A stretch of DNA of 64,000 nt from Nemertoderma westbladi (lineage: Eukaryota > Animalia > Xenacoelomorpha), in assembly GCA_032718475.1 (NCBI GenBank), contig JAUCBJ010005935.1:62661-126660 (forward strand), written 5' to 3'. Position 1 is the stretch's first letter, and the number at the start of each line of letters is the position of its first letter. The notes beneath the pieces were generated by a model that was not told the origin of the DNA, did not search any database, and worked only from the letters and a program-made list of their open reading frames with translations. A program made the translations under genes and the position numbers. Of the stretch, positions 41,719-53,700 are shown one piece after another.

Positions 41719-44700
41719 AACTATTTGCATAAATTGACCCACCCCCTAACAGTGTCAATTCGCTAAGGCTCCGCCAACTTCGTGGCTCGCCCCACAAGGT
41801 TTATCTAAAATAGCAATCTAGACCTATTTTGTGTTTCGTCTCTAGAACCGTCGTACAGTATTACAGTAGCTCTCTGTCTGTATGGATTAGTACTCTACCT
41901 CCGTTGCATCGGCGTCGCTTGCTGTATCATCGTGTACCAACTTGAGTGTAAAGTCTGTGTCTAGAATTCCAGATAATTCGAAGTTATCGCCGATATCCCT
42001 TGGAACATTGCCGTTCTCGTTCACATTAACTTCCAACTCGGCTCCTCCACTAAACGGCGACCCCTGTTCCGCGAAGCAAGGCAGCTGAGCTGGAATATAA
42101 TAACAAAAAAGTGAAAATCACAATGTATAGAGGGGTGGGGGCTAATAGGTCTATAGATCACACTTCCTTGAAATCCAAAAGTTATGTCTGGGGTAGTAGA
42201 AATTAACCTAATTCTTCGAGTAGTAAATTGTCTATTAATCCCTGTATCAGATGTTTTTATTTTGAAAAATATTTCAATACCTCTTATCTTCAATGTTCTG
42301 TATTCCTATTGTAACTTAATATTGTTAACCAGAATACACCCCCTATTTATATGGGGTTCCAAACATGTCAAAAACAATTTTGCATTTGAATTTCAAACAT
42401 TGGGGTGGGGGTAAGGAGCCAATTAGAGAGATGGTACTCTACTCATAGTGAGCAGAAGCGATAATAACCATAATTATTTGGCCTACTCCAGTTGTCAAAT
42501 TTAATAATATGCGTATATATAACGATTTTGTTTTTGATCTTGGGTCTTCAGTTCAGATTGTGTTAATGTTAAGACACGTGCGTGGGGCGTCGCCCCACGC
42601 AAGCAGGCTTTGCATGAGCAAGTTCGATTTGATCTGAAGTCAAAAGTTTGAGAGGTAATTGCCCGTAACTTTAAAAAATATTGTAAATTTTTCTCTAGTA
42701 TGAACCCATACAAAATTTGGTTGATAATGGTTAAAATCTTCAAAAGTTATTTACGAATGAATTTTTCATTACAGACAGACAAACAGACGGACGGACAGAC
42801 AGACGGACGTGATATTTTGCCCTATTTACTAATTATAATTGTGCGCTAAGGCTCGCCCTGACAGCGTGGCTCGCCCCACGGTAAACTATTAATTGAAACT
42901 CATCATATTTATTATTACACATACATAAAAACATCATCATCTGATTTTTCCCAGAACCCACCCAGCCCCCTTCGGCCAAATCCCGTAACTACTTGAAATT
43001 CAGCGCATGGTGGATTTCGGAGAATGGAGAACTAACCCAAAGATCCAATACGGCAGGGTAAATCAACCAAGGGAAAATCAACCCAAGCAACCCAATGGTT
43101 GCGAACTTTGTTCCAATGGTTGCGAACTTTGTTCCAATGGTTGCGAACTTTGTTCCAATGAGAGTAGTCCAACTGCGAACATTGTTCCAATGGTTGCGAA
43201 CTTTGTTCCAATGGTTGCGAACTTAGTTCCAATGGTAGCGAACTTAGTTTCAATGGTTGCGAACTTTGTGCCAATGGTTGCGAACTTTGTTCCAATGGTT
43301 GCGAACTTTGTTCCAATGGTCGCGAACTTAGTTCTAATGGTTGCGAACTTTGTTCCAATGGTTGCGAACTTTGTTCCAATGAGAGTAGTCCAACTGCGAA
43401 CATTGTTCCAATGGTTGCGAACTTAGTTTCAATGGTTGCGAACTTTGTGCCAATGGTTGCGAACTTTGTTCCAATGGTTGCGAACTTTGTGCCAATGGTT
43501 GCGAACTTTGTTCCAAAGGGTTGCGAACTTTGTTCCAATGGTAGCGAACTTTGTTCCAATGGTCGCGAACTTAGTTCTAATGGTTGCGAACTTTGTTCCA
43601 ATGGTTGCGAACTTTGTTCCAATGAGAGTAGTCCAACTGCGAACATTGTTCCAATGGTTGCGAACTTTGTTCCAATGGTTGCGAACTTAGTTCCAATGGT
43701 AGCGAACTTAGTTTCAATGGTTGCGAACTTTGTGCCAATGGTTGCGAACTTTGTTCCAATGGTTGCGAACTTTGTTCCAATGGTCGCGAACTTAGTTTCA
43801 ATGGTTGCGAACTTTGTGCCAATGGTTGCGAACTTTGTTCCAATGGTTGCGAACTTAGTTCCAATGGTTGCGAACTTAGTTCCAATGGTTGCGAACTTTG
43901 TGCCAATGGTTGCGAACTTTGTTCCAATGGTTGCGAACTTTGTTCCAATGAGAGTAGTCCAACTGCGAACATTGTTCCAATGGTTGCGAACTTTGTTCCA
44001 ATGGTTGCGAACTTAGTTCCAATGGTAGCGAACTTAGTTTCAATGGTTGCGAACTTTGTGCCAATGGTTGCGAACTTTGTTCCAATGGTTGCGAACTTTG
44101 TTCCAATGGTCGCGAACTTAGTTCTAATGGTTGCGAACTTTGTTCCAATGGTTGCGAACTTTGTTCCAATGAGAGTAGTCCAACTGCGAACATTGTTCCA
44201 ATGGTTGCGAACTTAGTTTCAATGGTTGCGAACTTTGTGCCAATGGTTGCGAACTTTGTTCCAATGGTTGCGAACTTTGTGCCAATGGTTGCGAACTTTG
44301 TTCCAATGGTTGCGAACTTTGTTCCAATGGTAGCGAACTTTGTTCCAATGGTCGCGAACTTAGTTCTAATGGTTGCGAACTTTGTTCCAATGGTTGCGAA
44401 CTTTGTTCCAATGAGAGTAGTCCAACTGCGAACATTGTTCCAATGGTTGCGAACTTTGTTCCAATGGTTGCGAACTTAGTTCCAATGGTAGCGAACTTAG
44501 TTTCAATGGTTGCGAACTTTGTGCCAATGGTTGCGAACTTTGTTCCAATGGTTGCGAACTTTGTTCCAATGGTCGCGAACTTAGTTTCAATGGTTGCGAA
44601 CTTTGTGCCAATGGTTGCGAACTTTGTTCCAATGGTTGCGAACTTAGTTCCAATGGTTGCGAACTTAGTTCCAATGGTTGCGAACTTTGTGCCAATGGTT

Positions 44701-47700
44701 GCGAACTTTGTTCCAATGGTTGCGAACTTTGTTCCAATGAGAGTAGTTCAACTGCGAATATTGTTCCAATGGTCGCGAACTTAGTTCCAATGGTTGCGAA
44801 CTTAGTTCCAATGGTAGCGAACTTAGTTTCAATGGTTGCGAACTTTGTGCCAATGGTTGCGAACTTTGTACCAATGGTTGCGAACATTGTTCCAATGGTT
44901 GCGAACTTAGTTCCTATGGTTGCGAACTTAGTTCCAACTTAGTTCCACATGTGATAATGCAAGCTAAGGTGATCAGGACGCAACCTGTCGATTCTCTATA
45001 AAGATCATCCCACACCGTAGTCTTTACACCATACGTGATGTAAGTACTTTGTAAGTACGTTAAGGTGGTGTATGTAAGTTATTTAGTGTGCCTGAGATGT
45101 AAGTACGTTAGTGTGGTGTATGTAAGTTATTTAGTGTGCCTGAGATGTAAGTACGTTAAGGTGGTGTATGTAAGTTATTTAGTGTGTTATAGATGTGAGT
45201 ACTTTAGTGTAGTGTATGTAAGTTATTTAGTGTGCCTGAGATGTAAGTACGTTAAGGTGGTGTATGTAAGTTATTTAGTGTGCCTGAGATGTAAGTATGT
45301 TAAGGTGGTGTATGTAAGTTATTTTGTGTGTTATAGATGTGAGTACTTTAGTGTGGTGTATGTAAGTTATTTAGTGTGCCTGAGATGTAAGTACGTTAAG
45401 GTGGTGTATGTAAGTTATTTAGTGTACCTGAGATGTAAGTACGTTAATGTGGTGTATGTATGTTATTTAGTGTGCCTGAGATGTAAGTACGTTAAGGTGG
45501 TGTATGTAAGTTATTTAGTGTGCCTGGGATGTAAGTACGTTAAGGTGGTGTATGTAAGTTATTTAGTGTGTTATAGATGTGAGTACTTTAGTGTGGTGTA
45601 TTTAAGTTATTTAGTGTGCCTGAGATGTAAGTACGTTAAGGTGGTGTATGTAAGTTATTTAGTGTGCCTGAGATGTAAGTACGTTAAGGTGGTGTATGTA
45701 AGTTATTTAGTGTGCCTGGGATATAAGTACGTTAAGGTGGTGTATGTAAGTTATTTAGTGTGTTATAGATGTGAGTACTTTAGTGTGGTGTATTTAAGTT
45801 ATTTAGTGTGCCTGAGATGTAAGTACGTTAAGGTGGTGTATGTAAGTTATTTAGTGTGCCTGAGATGTAAGTACGTTAAGGTGGTGTATGTAAGTTATTT
45901 AGTGTGCCTGAGATGTAAGTACGTTAAGGTGGTGTATGTAAGTTATTTAGTGTGCCTGAGATGTAAGTACGTAAGTTATTTAGTGTGCCTGAGATGTAAG
46001 TACGTTAAGGTGGTGTATGTAAGTTATTTATTGTGCTATAGATGTGAGTACTTTAGTGTGGTGTATTTAAGTTATTTAGTGTGCCTGAGATGTAAGTATG
46101 TTAAGGTGGTGTATGTAAGTTATTTAGTGTGCCTGAGATGTAAGTACGTTAAGGTGGTGTATGTAAGTTATTTAGTGTGCCTGGGATGTAAGTACGTTAA
46201 GGTGGTGTATGTAAGTTATTTAGTGTGTTATAGATGTGAGTACTTTAGTGTGGTGTATTTAAGTTATTTAGTGTGCCTGAGATGTAAGTACGTTAAGGTG
46301 GTGTATGTAAGTTATTTAGTGTGCCTGAGATGTAAGTACGTTAATGTGGTGTATGTAAGTTATTTAGTGTGCCTGAGATGTAAGTACGTTAAGGTGGTTT
46401 ATGTAAGTTATTTAGTGTCCCTGAGATGTAAGTACGTTAAGGTGGTGTATGTACGTTATTTAGTGTGCCTGAGATGTAAGTACGTTAGTGTGGTGTATGT
46501 AAGTTATTTAGTGTTCCTGAGATGTAAGTACGTTAAGGTGGTGTATGTAAATTATTTAGTGTGCCTGAGATGTAAGTACGTTAGTGTGGTGTATGTAAAT
46601 TATTTAGTGTGCCTGAAATGTAAGTACGTTAGTGTGGTGTATGTAAGTTATTAAGTGTGCCTGAGATGTAAGTACGTTAAGGTGGTGTATGTAAGTTATT
46701 TAGTGTGCCTGAAATGTAAGTACGTTAAGGTGGTGTATGTTAGTTATTTAGTGTGCCTGAGATGTAAGTACGTTAGTGTGGTGCAGGTAAGTTATTTAGT
46801 GTGCCTGAGATGTAAGTACGTTAGTGTGGTGTATGTAAGTTATTTAGTGTGCCTGAGATGTAAGAACGTTAGTGTGGTGTATGTAAGTTATTTAGTGTGC
46901 CTGAGATGTAAGTACGTTAAGGTGGTGTATGTAAGTTATTTAGTGTGCCTGAGATGTAAGTACGTTAAGGTGGTGTATGTAAGTTATTTAGTGTGCCTGA
47001 GATGTAAGTACGTTAAGGTGGTGTATGTAAGTTATTTAGTGTGCCTGAGATGTAAGTACGTTAAGGTGATGTATGTAAGTTATTTAGTGTGCCTGAGATG
47101 TAAGTACGTTAAGGTGGTTTATGTAAGTTATTTAGTGTGCCTGAGATGTAAGTACGTTAAGGTGGTTTATGTAAGTTATTTAGTGTGCCTGAGATGTAAG
47201 TACGTTAAGGTGGTTTATGTAAGTTATTTAGTGTGCCTGAGATGTAAGTACGTTAATGTGGTGTATGTAAGTTATTTAGTGTGCCTGAGATGTAAGTACG
47301 TTAGTGTGGTGTATGTAAGTTATTTAGTGTGCCTGAGATGTAAGTACGTTAAGGTGGTGTATGTAAGTTATTTAGTGTGCCTGAGATGTAAGTACGTTAA
47401 GGTGGTGTATGTAAGTTATTTAGTGTGCCTGAGATGTAAGTACGTTAAGGTGGTTTATGTAAGTTATTTAGTGTGCCTGAGATGTAAGTACGTTAGTGTG
47501 GTGTATGTAAGTTATTTAGTGTGCCTGAGATGTAAGTACGTTAAGGTGGTGTATGTACGTTATTTAGTGTGCCTGAGATGTAAGTACGTTAGTGTGGTGT
47601 ATGTAAGTTATTTAGTGTGCCTGAGATGTAAGTACGTAAGTGTGGTGCAGGTAAGTTATTTAGTGTGCCTGAGATGTAAGTACGTTAGTGTGGTGTATGT

Positions 47701-50700
47701 AAATTATTTAGTGTGCCTGAGATGTAAGTACGTAAGTGTGGTGCAGGTAAGTTATTTAGTGTGCCTGAGATGTAAGTACGTTAGTGTGGTGTATGTAAGT
47801 TATTTAGTGTGCCTGAGATGTAAGTACGTAAGTGTGGTGCAGGTAAGTTATTTAGTGTGCCTGAGATGTAAGTACGTTAGTGTGGTGTATGTAAGTTATT
47901 TAGTGTGCCTGAGATGTAAGTACGTTAAGGTGGTGTATGTAAATTATTTAGTGTGCCTGAGATGTAAGTACGTTAGTGTGGTGTATGTAAATTATTTAGT
48001 GTGCCTGAAATGTAAGTACGTTAGTGTGGTGTATGTAAGTTATTTAGTGTGCCTGAAATGTAAGTACGTTAAGGTGGTGTATGTTAGTTATTTAGTGTGC
48101 CTGAGATGTAAGTACGTAAGTGTGGTGCAGGTAAGTTATTTAGTGTGCTTGAGATGTAAGTACGTTAGTGTGGTGTATGTATGTTATTCCCGACTGTTTT
48201 TCAACGGGATTCCGAAGTATAAATTGTGAAGTAAATTTGTTCAATATCTGGTGAACAGTTGCACCAGAACATACATTTATTGATTATAATATTGAATTAA
48301 TATGTAAACCATTTATCTTCTAATATTTTAGCACTGTGCAATAAGTCAGGCTGTATCTGTATAAAGGAACACACTATTTTCCTTAATATTTCTTTTTCGT
48401 TGCTATTGATACTAACAAAAGGTTTGTAACTGTCACTGTAGCTACATGTTATATGTAACGCTGTGAACAACAAACATCTCCCTTAATACAACAACCAATT
48501 TTAGCCTCATCTAACTTATTTTTTTTTAATTTCAAACATATGCTACGAAATTTGGTATGATGTTAGTTTTTACTGCTGGCAGGGCAGGATTTTTAAATTT
48601 CTGTGCTATTTCGATACAACAAGCCGATAAAAATCGTCTATTTGACAATAATATATATAGCCACCTCCATCGGATTTATTTCTCGTCTTTGAAATATAAT
48701 CTAGATATCTTCATCTGCAGATTCCGAATCTGAAAACCGTTTTAAATTTCACAAGAAATTGCCAAAGATATTATCAAAATACTACGCTGTAAATTTTGAG
48801 ACGTAAATCGCTATAATTCTAATGTTTTTTGTCTTCATTCTAGAATATTAATTATTATTTAGCTGAGCGTTTAAAACTCTACATGTTGTTTCTTCATTGC
48901 GCGTAATTAATATAACTTCAGTAAATATAATCATATTATATTATAATATTATAAATATAATATCTCCGGAAGTTATTGGTGAAATTGAAAGTTGTTTCGG
49001 ATTCGGAATCTACAGATGAAGGCTGTTCTAATGATATCTAGATTACATTCCAAAGGCCAAAAATAAAACTGACGGAGGTGGCTAAAAATTGTCAAATAGC
49101 CAATTTTATCGGCTTGTTGTATCGAAATAGCTCAAATATTGAAAATATCTTACTTGCCGGCCAGGCCAACAGTAAGAAAAGTTGTCGAACTATCATCGTA
49201 CCAAATTTCATAGCATGTGATTGAAATTTGAAAACAATTTAGGGGTGGGGGGGTACTTACTAGAAATGGTTGTGGTATTTATAGTCGAGTCAATCTAGCA
49301 AAAAACCCATAAGTATTTCGCAATCAATCCGAACCACACATTTTGGATTCTATATTACCTTATTAATTACCAAAAAAAAGTCTATAAAATTTTATTTTGC
49401 GGATCATATGTTTATTCATGGAAATTCTGCGTAAATTTGCATAACAGAAGCCAAACAAAAGGAACAGTAGGGAAAAGTAAGTAGCAAATTGGTGATGTTC
49501 TAGAATAATTTAATTAATTTCACAATAAGCTGTGATTCAATGTGAAATTAGTAATATTTACACTGGCGTGTTACACATTAATTGCTATATCTCTGAAACT
49601 AGAAGTCACATCAAATTTTTAAATATATCAAAAACTTCACGATATATTAAGGAAACTGTTGTAAAAAAATTATACAATTCTACTGCAAGGAAATTTCATA
49701 ATTTCCATTAATATTAGTGAAGATTTTTCACATAATTAAATTGTGATTGCTCTATTGATTTTAGGTGTAATTTATTTATTTGTTTTAGTTTGAAAACCGC
49801 AATAGTTTATCATATAACAAATAATTTTTTTGGGGATAAGGGTTTTTGAGGTCGATAAATCCGATGGGCGAGGTTATATCCACCCGTTTAGTAGAGAAGT
49901 TGTGTAAATAAGATCCTTATATTGTACCAGCAAAATTGGTATTAAAAATTGTTAAATTATTACACAAATTTCCGTTGCTCTGAAAACTAAATTGGTAACT
50001 ATCTAGAAGTGCATACTTCAGTCAATCGATAGTCATTAGAGTAAAGTTTGTCTGTACCAAATTTGGAGAAAATACCACCAATAGACCCCTTGTTGCTATG
50101 TAAAATCCATGTTGCTAAGGAAAGAAACAGGAAATTGAAGGTGATCCGCATAATATATTTTTATAGACTTTTTTGGGGGTATTAACAAGGTAATTTAGAA
50201 TAAAATAAAATTGGTTTGGATGAATTGCGAATTTGTTATGGGTTGACACCCTTTTTCGGCTAGATTGACTCGCCTATTAAGGGAGATGGTGTAAATACAG
50301 TACTGTATAAACAAACATTTACACGTAATATACTTAGATGGAACGGGTACTACTATGTTATGGGTACCCACTTTTTAAACAAATTTATTCATATGAAAAT
50401 TGCTTTTATCATGAGGTTTTTTGTTCTAGAACAAGTATTTAACCTTCTGCCAGTACGATGGTAGCTAGTAATTTTGATTTTGTGTTATAGCTAGTACTTT
50501 TTATTACCTATTGAAAAAAATTATAATGGAAAAATTGAAAAAAAATTTGACCAACTATTTTCTTGTAAAAATATATTTTATTTTGAAGTTTTTTATCTAG
50601 AACAAATATTTGACCTTCTGACAGTAAGATGGAGCTAGTACTATTAATTTTGTGTTAGCTAGTACTATTTATTAGCTAGTAAATGTAAGATATACTGGTA

Positions 50701-53700
50701 ATTTAATTCTCAATTATATATTTGCATGGAATAATTTATGAGTCATGGCAGCTAGTAATTTTTATTTGATAGTCAACGTAGCTAGTAATTATTCACTAGC
50801 TAGTTTTTTATACAAAATATGAGATACAGATGTAAAAATAGAGTTTTTACATATTTTACTTATTTAGGCCTATTTTACTTATTACTAGATTTATTTATCT
50901 TTTTATTAGTCATTTCTACAGAAGAATATATTGATGATATGGAAATTGTCTAAATAAAAGGGGCACTACAAAATTTCTTTTCTAATTTTAAGATCACTAT
51001 CTATCTACCTTTAAAAACACTAGCTACCATAATAAAAAATAATAGCTAACCTCGCTCAGAAGGTGAAATAATTTATGTTCTAGAACAAAAAACCATCTTG
51101 ATAATATCCATTAACATGGTCCAAAATATTATTTTGTAATTTTAAGATCTCTAGCTACTTTTAAAAACACTAGCTACTTTAATAAAAAATAATAGGTAAC
51201 CTCTCTCAGAAGGTGAAATTTATGTTCTAGAACGAAAAACAACATGATAATATCCAATAATATGGTAAAAATAATTGCTCAAAAATTTGGGGCCAAAAAT
51301 TTGGTTTTGTAATTTTAAAAACAGTAGCTACCTAAAAGAAATCACTAGCTACCATAAAAAAAACAATAGCTAACGTCTAACAGAAGATGACATTAATGTT
51401 ATAAAACAAAAAACCTCAAGATAATAGCCATTAACATTGTCAAATAAATGGTCAAAAAGTGGGTACCCATAACATAGTAGTACCGATGGAACGTACGTAC
51501 ATAAGTATTAATTAATTAATTATATATTTTATGATTTTTGTATTGTTGTATTGTTGTATATTAATATTAATATTGTTCAAGAGAATTAGCTGATGTCTTC
51601 CAAAAATCTCCTTGCTGACATCCCACTCAATTACTCAGAACCTGTTATTAAAGGCCCAGCGGATAATAAACATTACAAACCATTTACCCTCGAAGGCAGT
51701 GGTATCAAAGTACTTCTCATTCAGGATGTAGTCAAATTCGGAAAGCCGATTGAAAGACCAAGTCTGGAATCCCTGTTCAAAAAAAACAATGAAAAGCAAG
51801 GGTTGTCTTCTGTAGAAGATGACGTTGAAACAGTGAATGACGTCAGTGGGTCTAGTAGTAGTAGTAGTAGTGGAACGTCGTGTTTGCTGAGCGACAAATA
51901 CATTAGGAACAGCAGCATTCTGACGTCAGAGGAAAAGAAGGCGGCCGTTGCATTGTGTGTGGGCGCTGGTAGCTTCGATGATCCTGATGGATTGCCGGGA
52001 TTGGCTCACTTCCTCGAGCATATGTTGTTCATGGGCAGTAAGAAGTATCCGAAGGAGAACAGCTGGGAAACCTTTATCGATGAGCACGGAGAATCGGAAA
52101 ATGCCTACACAGACCACGAACGTACAGTGTTTCATTTTTCCATACAGCAAGAGTTTCTCAAAGAAGCTTTGGAACGGTTTGCGAGTTATTTTATATCACC
52201 ATTGTTTGATAAAGATTCGATGAAGAAAGAACTAAAAGCGCTCGATAGCGAGTTTCAAATGAAGAGCACAACCGACTGCCATCGTCAAGAACAGGTTCTT
52301 CAAACAACGGTTAAACCATCTCATCCAATGTCGCGCTTCTTTTGGGGGAATATAGAAACATTGTCCACAATCCCTGAGCGGGAAGGCATCAATGTAAGAG
52401 ACAGAATTGTAAAGTTTTATGAAGACATTTATAAGAAACGATTGATAACAATATGTGTACAGTCTCTTCACCCATTGGAAACAGTGGAGAAATGGGTGAC
52501 TAAATCATTTTCTAAATTTCACGCAAACTTGGAGACCAAAGACGAAAATATAGAGCGAGTTTTTCTTAAAAAATATCCTTTTATTCGTGAAAGCTTCAAC
52601 AAAATATTACACATTAGACCTATCTTCGATCACAATAAAATATGTGTGACCTGGTCTATAGATTCAACATTCCAGTTTTATAAAGAGAAACCTCTCGTAT
52701 TTTTATCCAGTTTATTAGGTCATGAAGGCGAAGGGTCTATAATAAATTACTTAAGGAAACGACTATGGGCTGTTGAAATCGTAGCAGGTCAAACAGACAG
52801 CGGATTTGAGGATAACTCATTCCAAAGTCTTTTTCATGTTGACATATTTCTAACTCATGATGGTCTTAAGAATGTTATGACTGTTATCAACATTGTCCAT
52901 CAGTATATAAATATGTTAAACAGATGTCAACCTTATGATTGGCTCTGGAGTGATATTGCCAATATATCTCAGTTGGAATTTGTTTTCAGAAGCGAAACAG
53001 ATCCTGAGATAAATGTAGATAATATTGCGTGCGCTATGCAAAAATACAACCCAGAGGACTATTTAATAGGGGACTACTTGGTTCTCACATCAGGTTCAGA
53101 GGTTGTTGATACAGTTTTGCATTTACTAACACCACGAGCCGCAAATTATCGACTTGTCTCAAAACATTACTTTACAAATAAATTCAACTTAGTTGAGCCA
53201 TGGTTCGGCACACAATACGGGGTAGAAGACATCCCTGAAGATCAAAATAATACTTGGGAAACCGACCAACAACTTGAGTACTTGCATCTCCCGCCACAAA
53301 ACAAATACATACCACATGACTTTGCTATAAAATGGGATGACAATACTTGTAATTCGTATGACGCTGATGAACTCATCAAATATCGTAAGAAACCCACATT
53401 AATTTGCGACAATCTCGGATGCCAAGTTTGGTTTCAACCGGATTTAAAATTCAGAGTACCCAAGGCATATGTGAAATTCCACCTTATGACCAATTTCAAT
53501 TACAGGGCACCATTTGAATTTGTCACTGGGCAACTTTTAGCAATGATTATTATGCAACGGTTAGCCCCAGTTCTGTATAACGCAAGGTCTGCTGATATGA
53601 ATTACAGAGTGTACACTGGTCATTTGGGATTAGTACTTTCTCTTCACGGTTACAATGACAAATTGCTTCTTCTTATGAAAACGGTTATACGTTTCATAGC

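Noticed and set aside
41564-41797. Poly-Arg / poly-Asp ORFs
   Set aside because: (GAC)n microsatellite inside a mobile element.
43007-44895. MVANFVP / LEQSSQP repeat ORFs
   Set aside because: 21-bp minisatellite with periodic 32-bp variants that shift the frame.
45065-48229. 529-aa and 524-aa Val/Tyr/Cys-rich ORFs
   Set aside because: These are translations of a 48-bp minisatellite that lacks stops by chance. They have GTG starts, an internal stop at 46654 and no unique flanking coding sequence.
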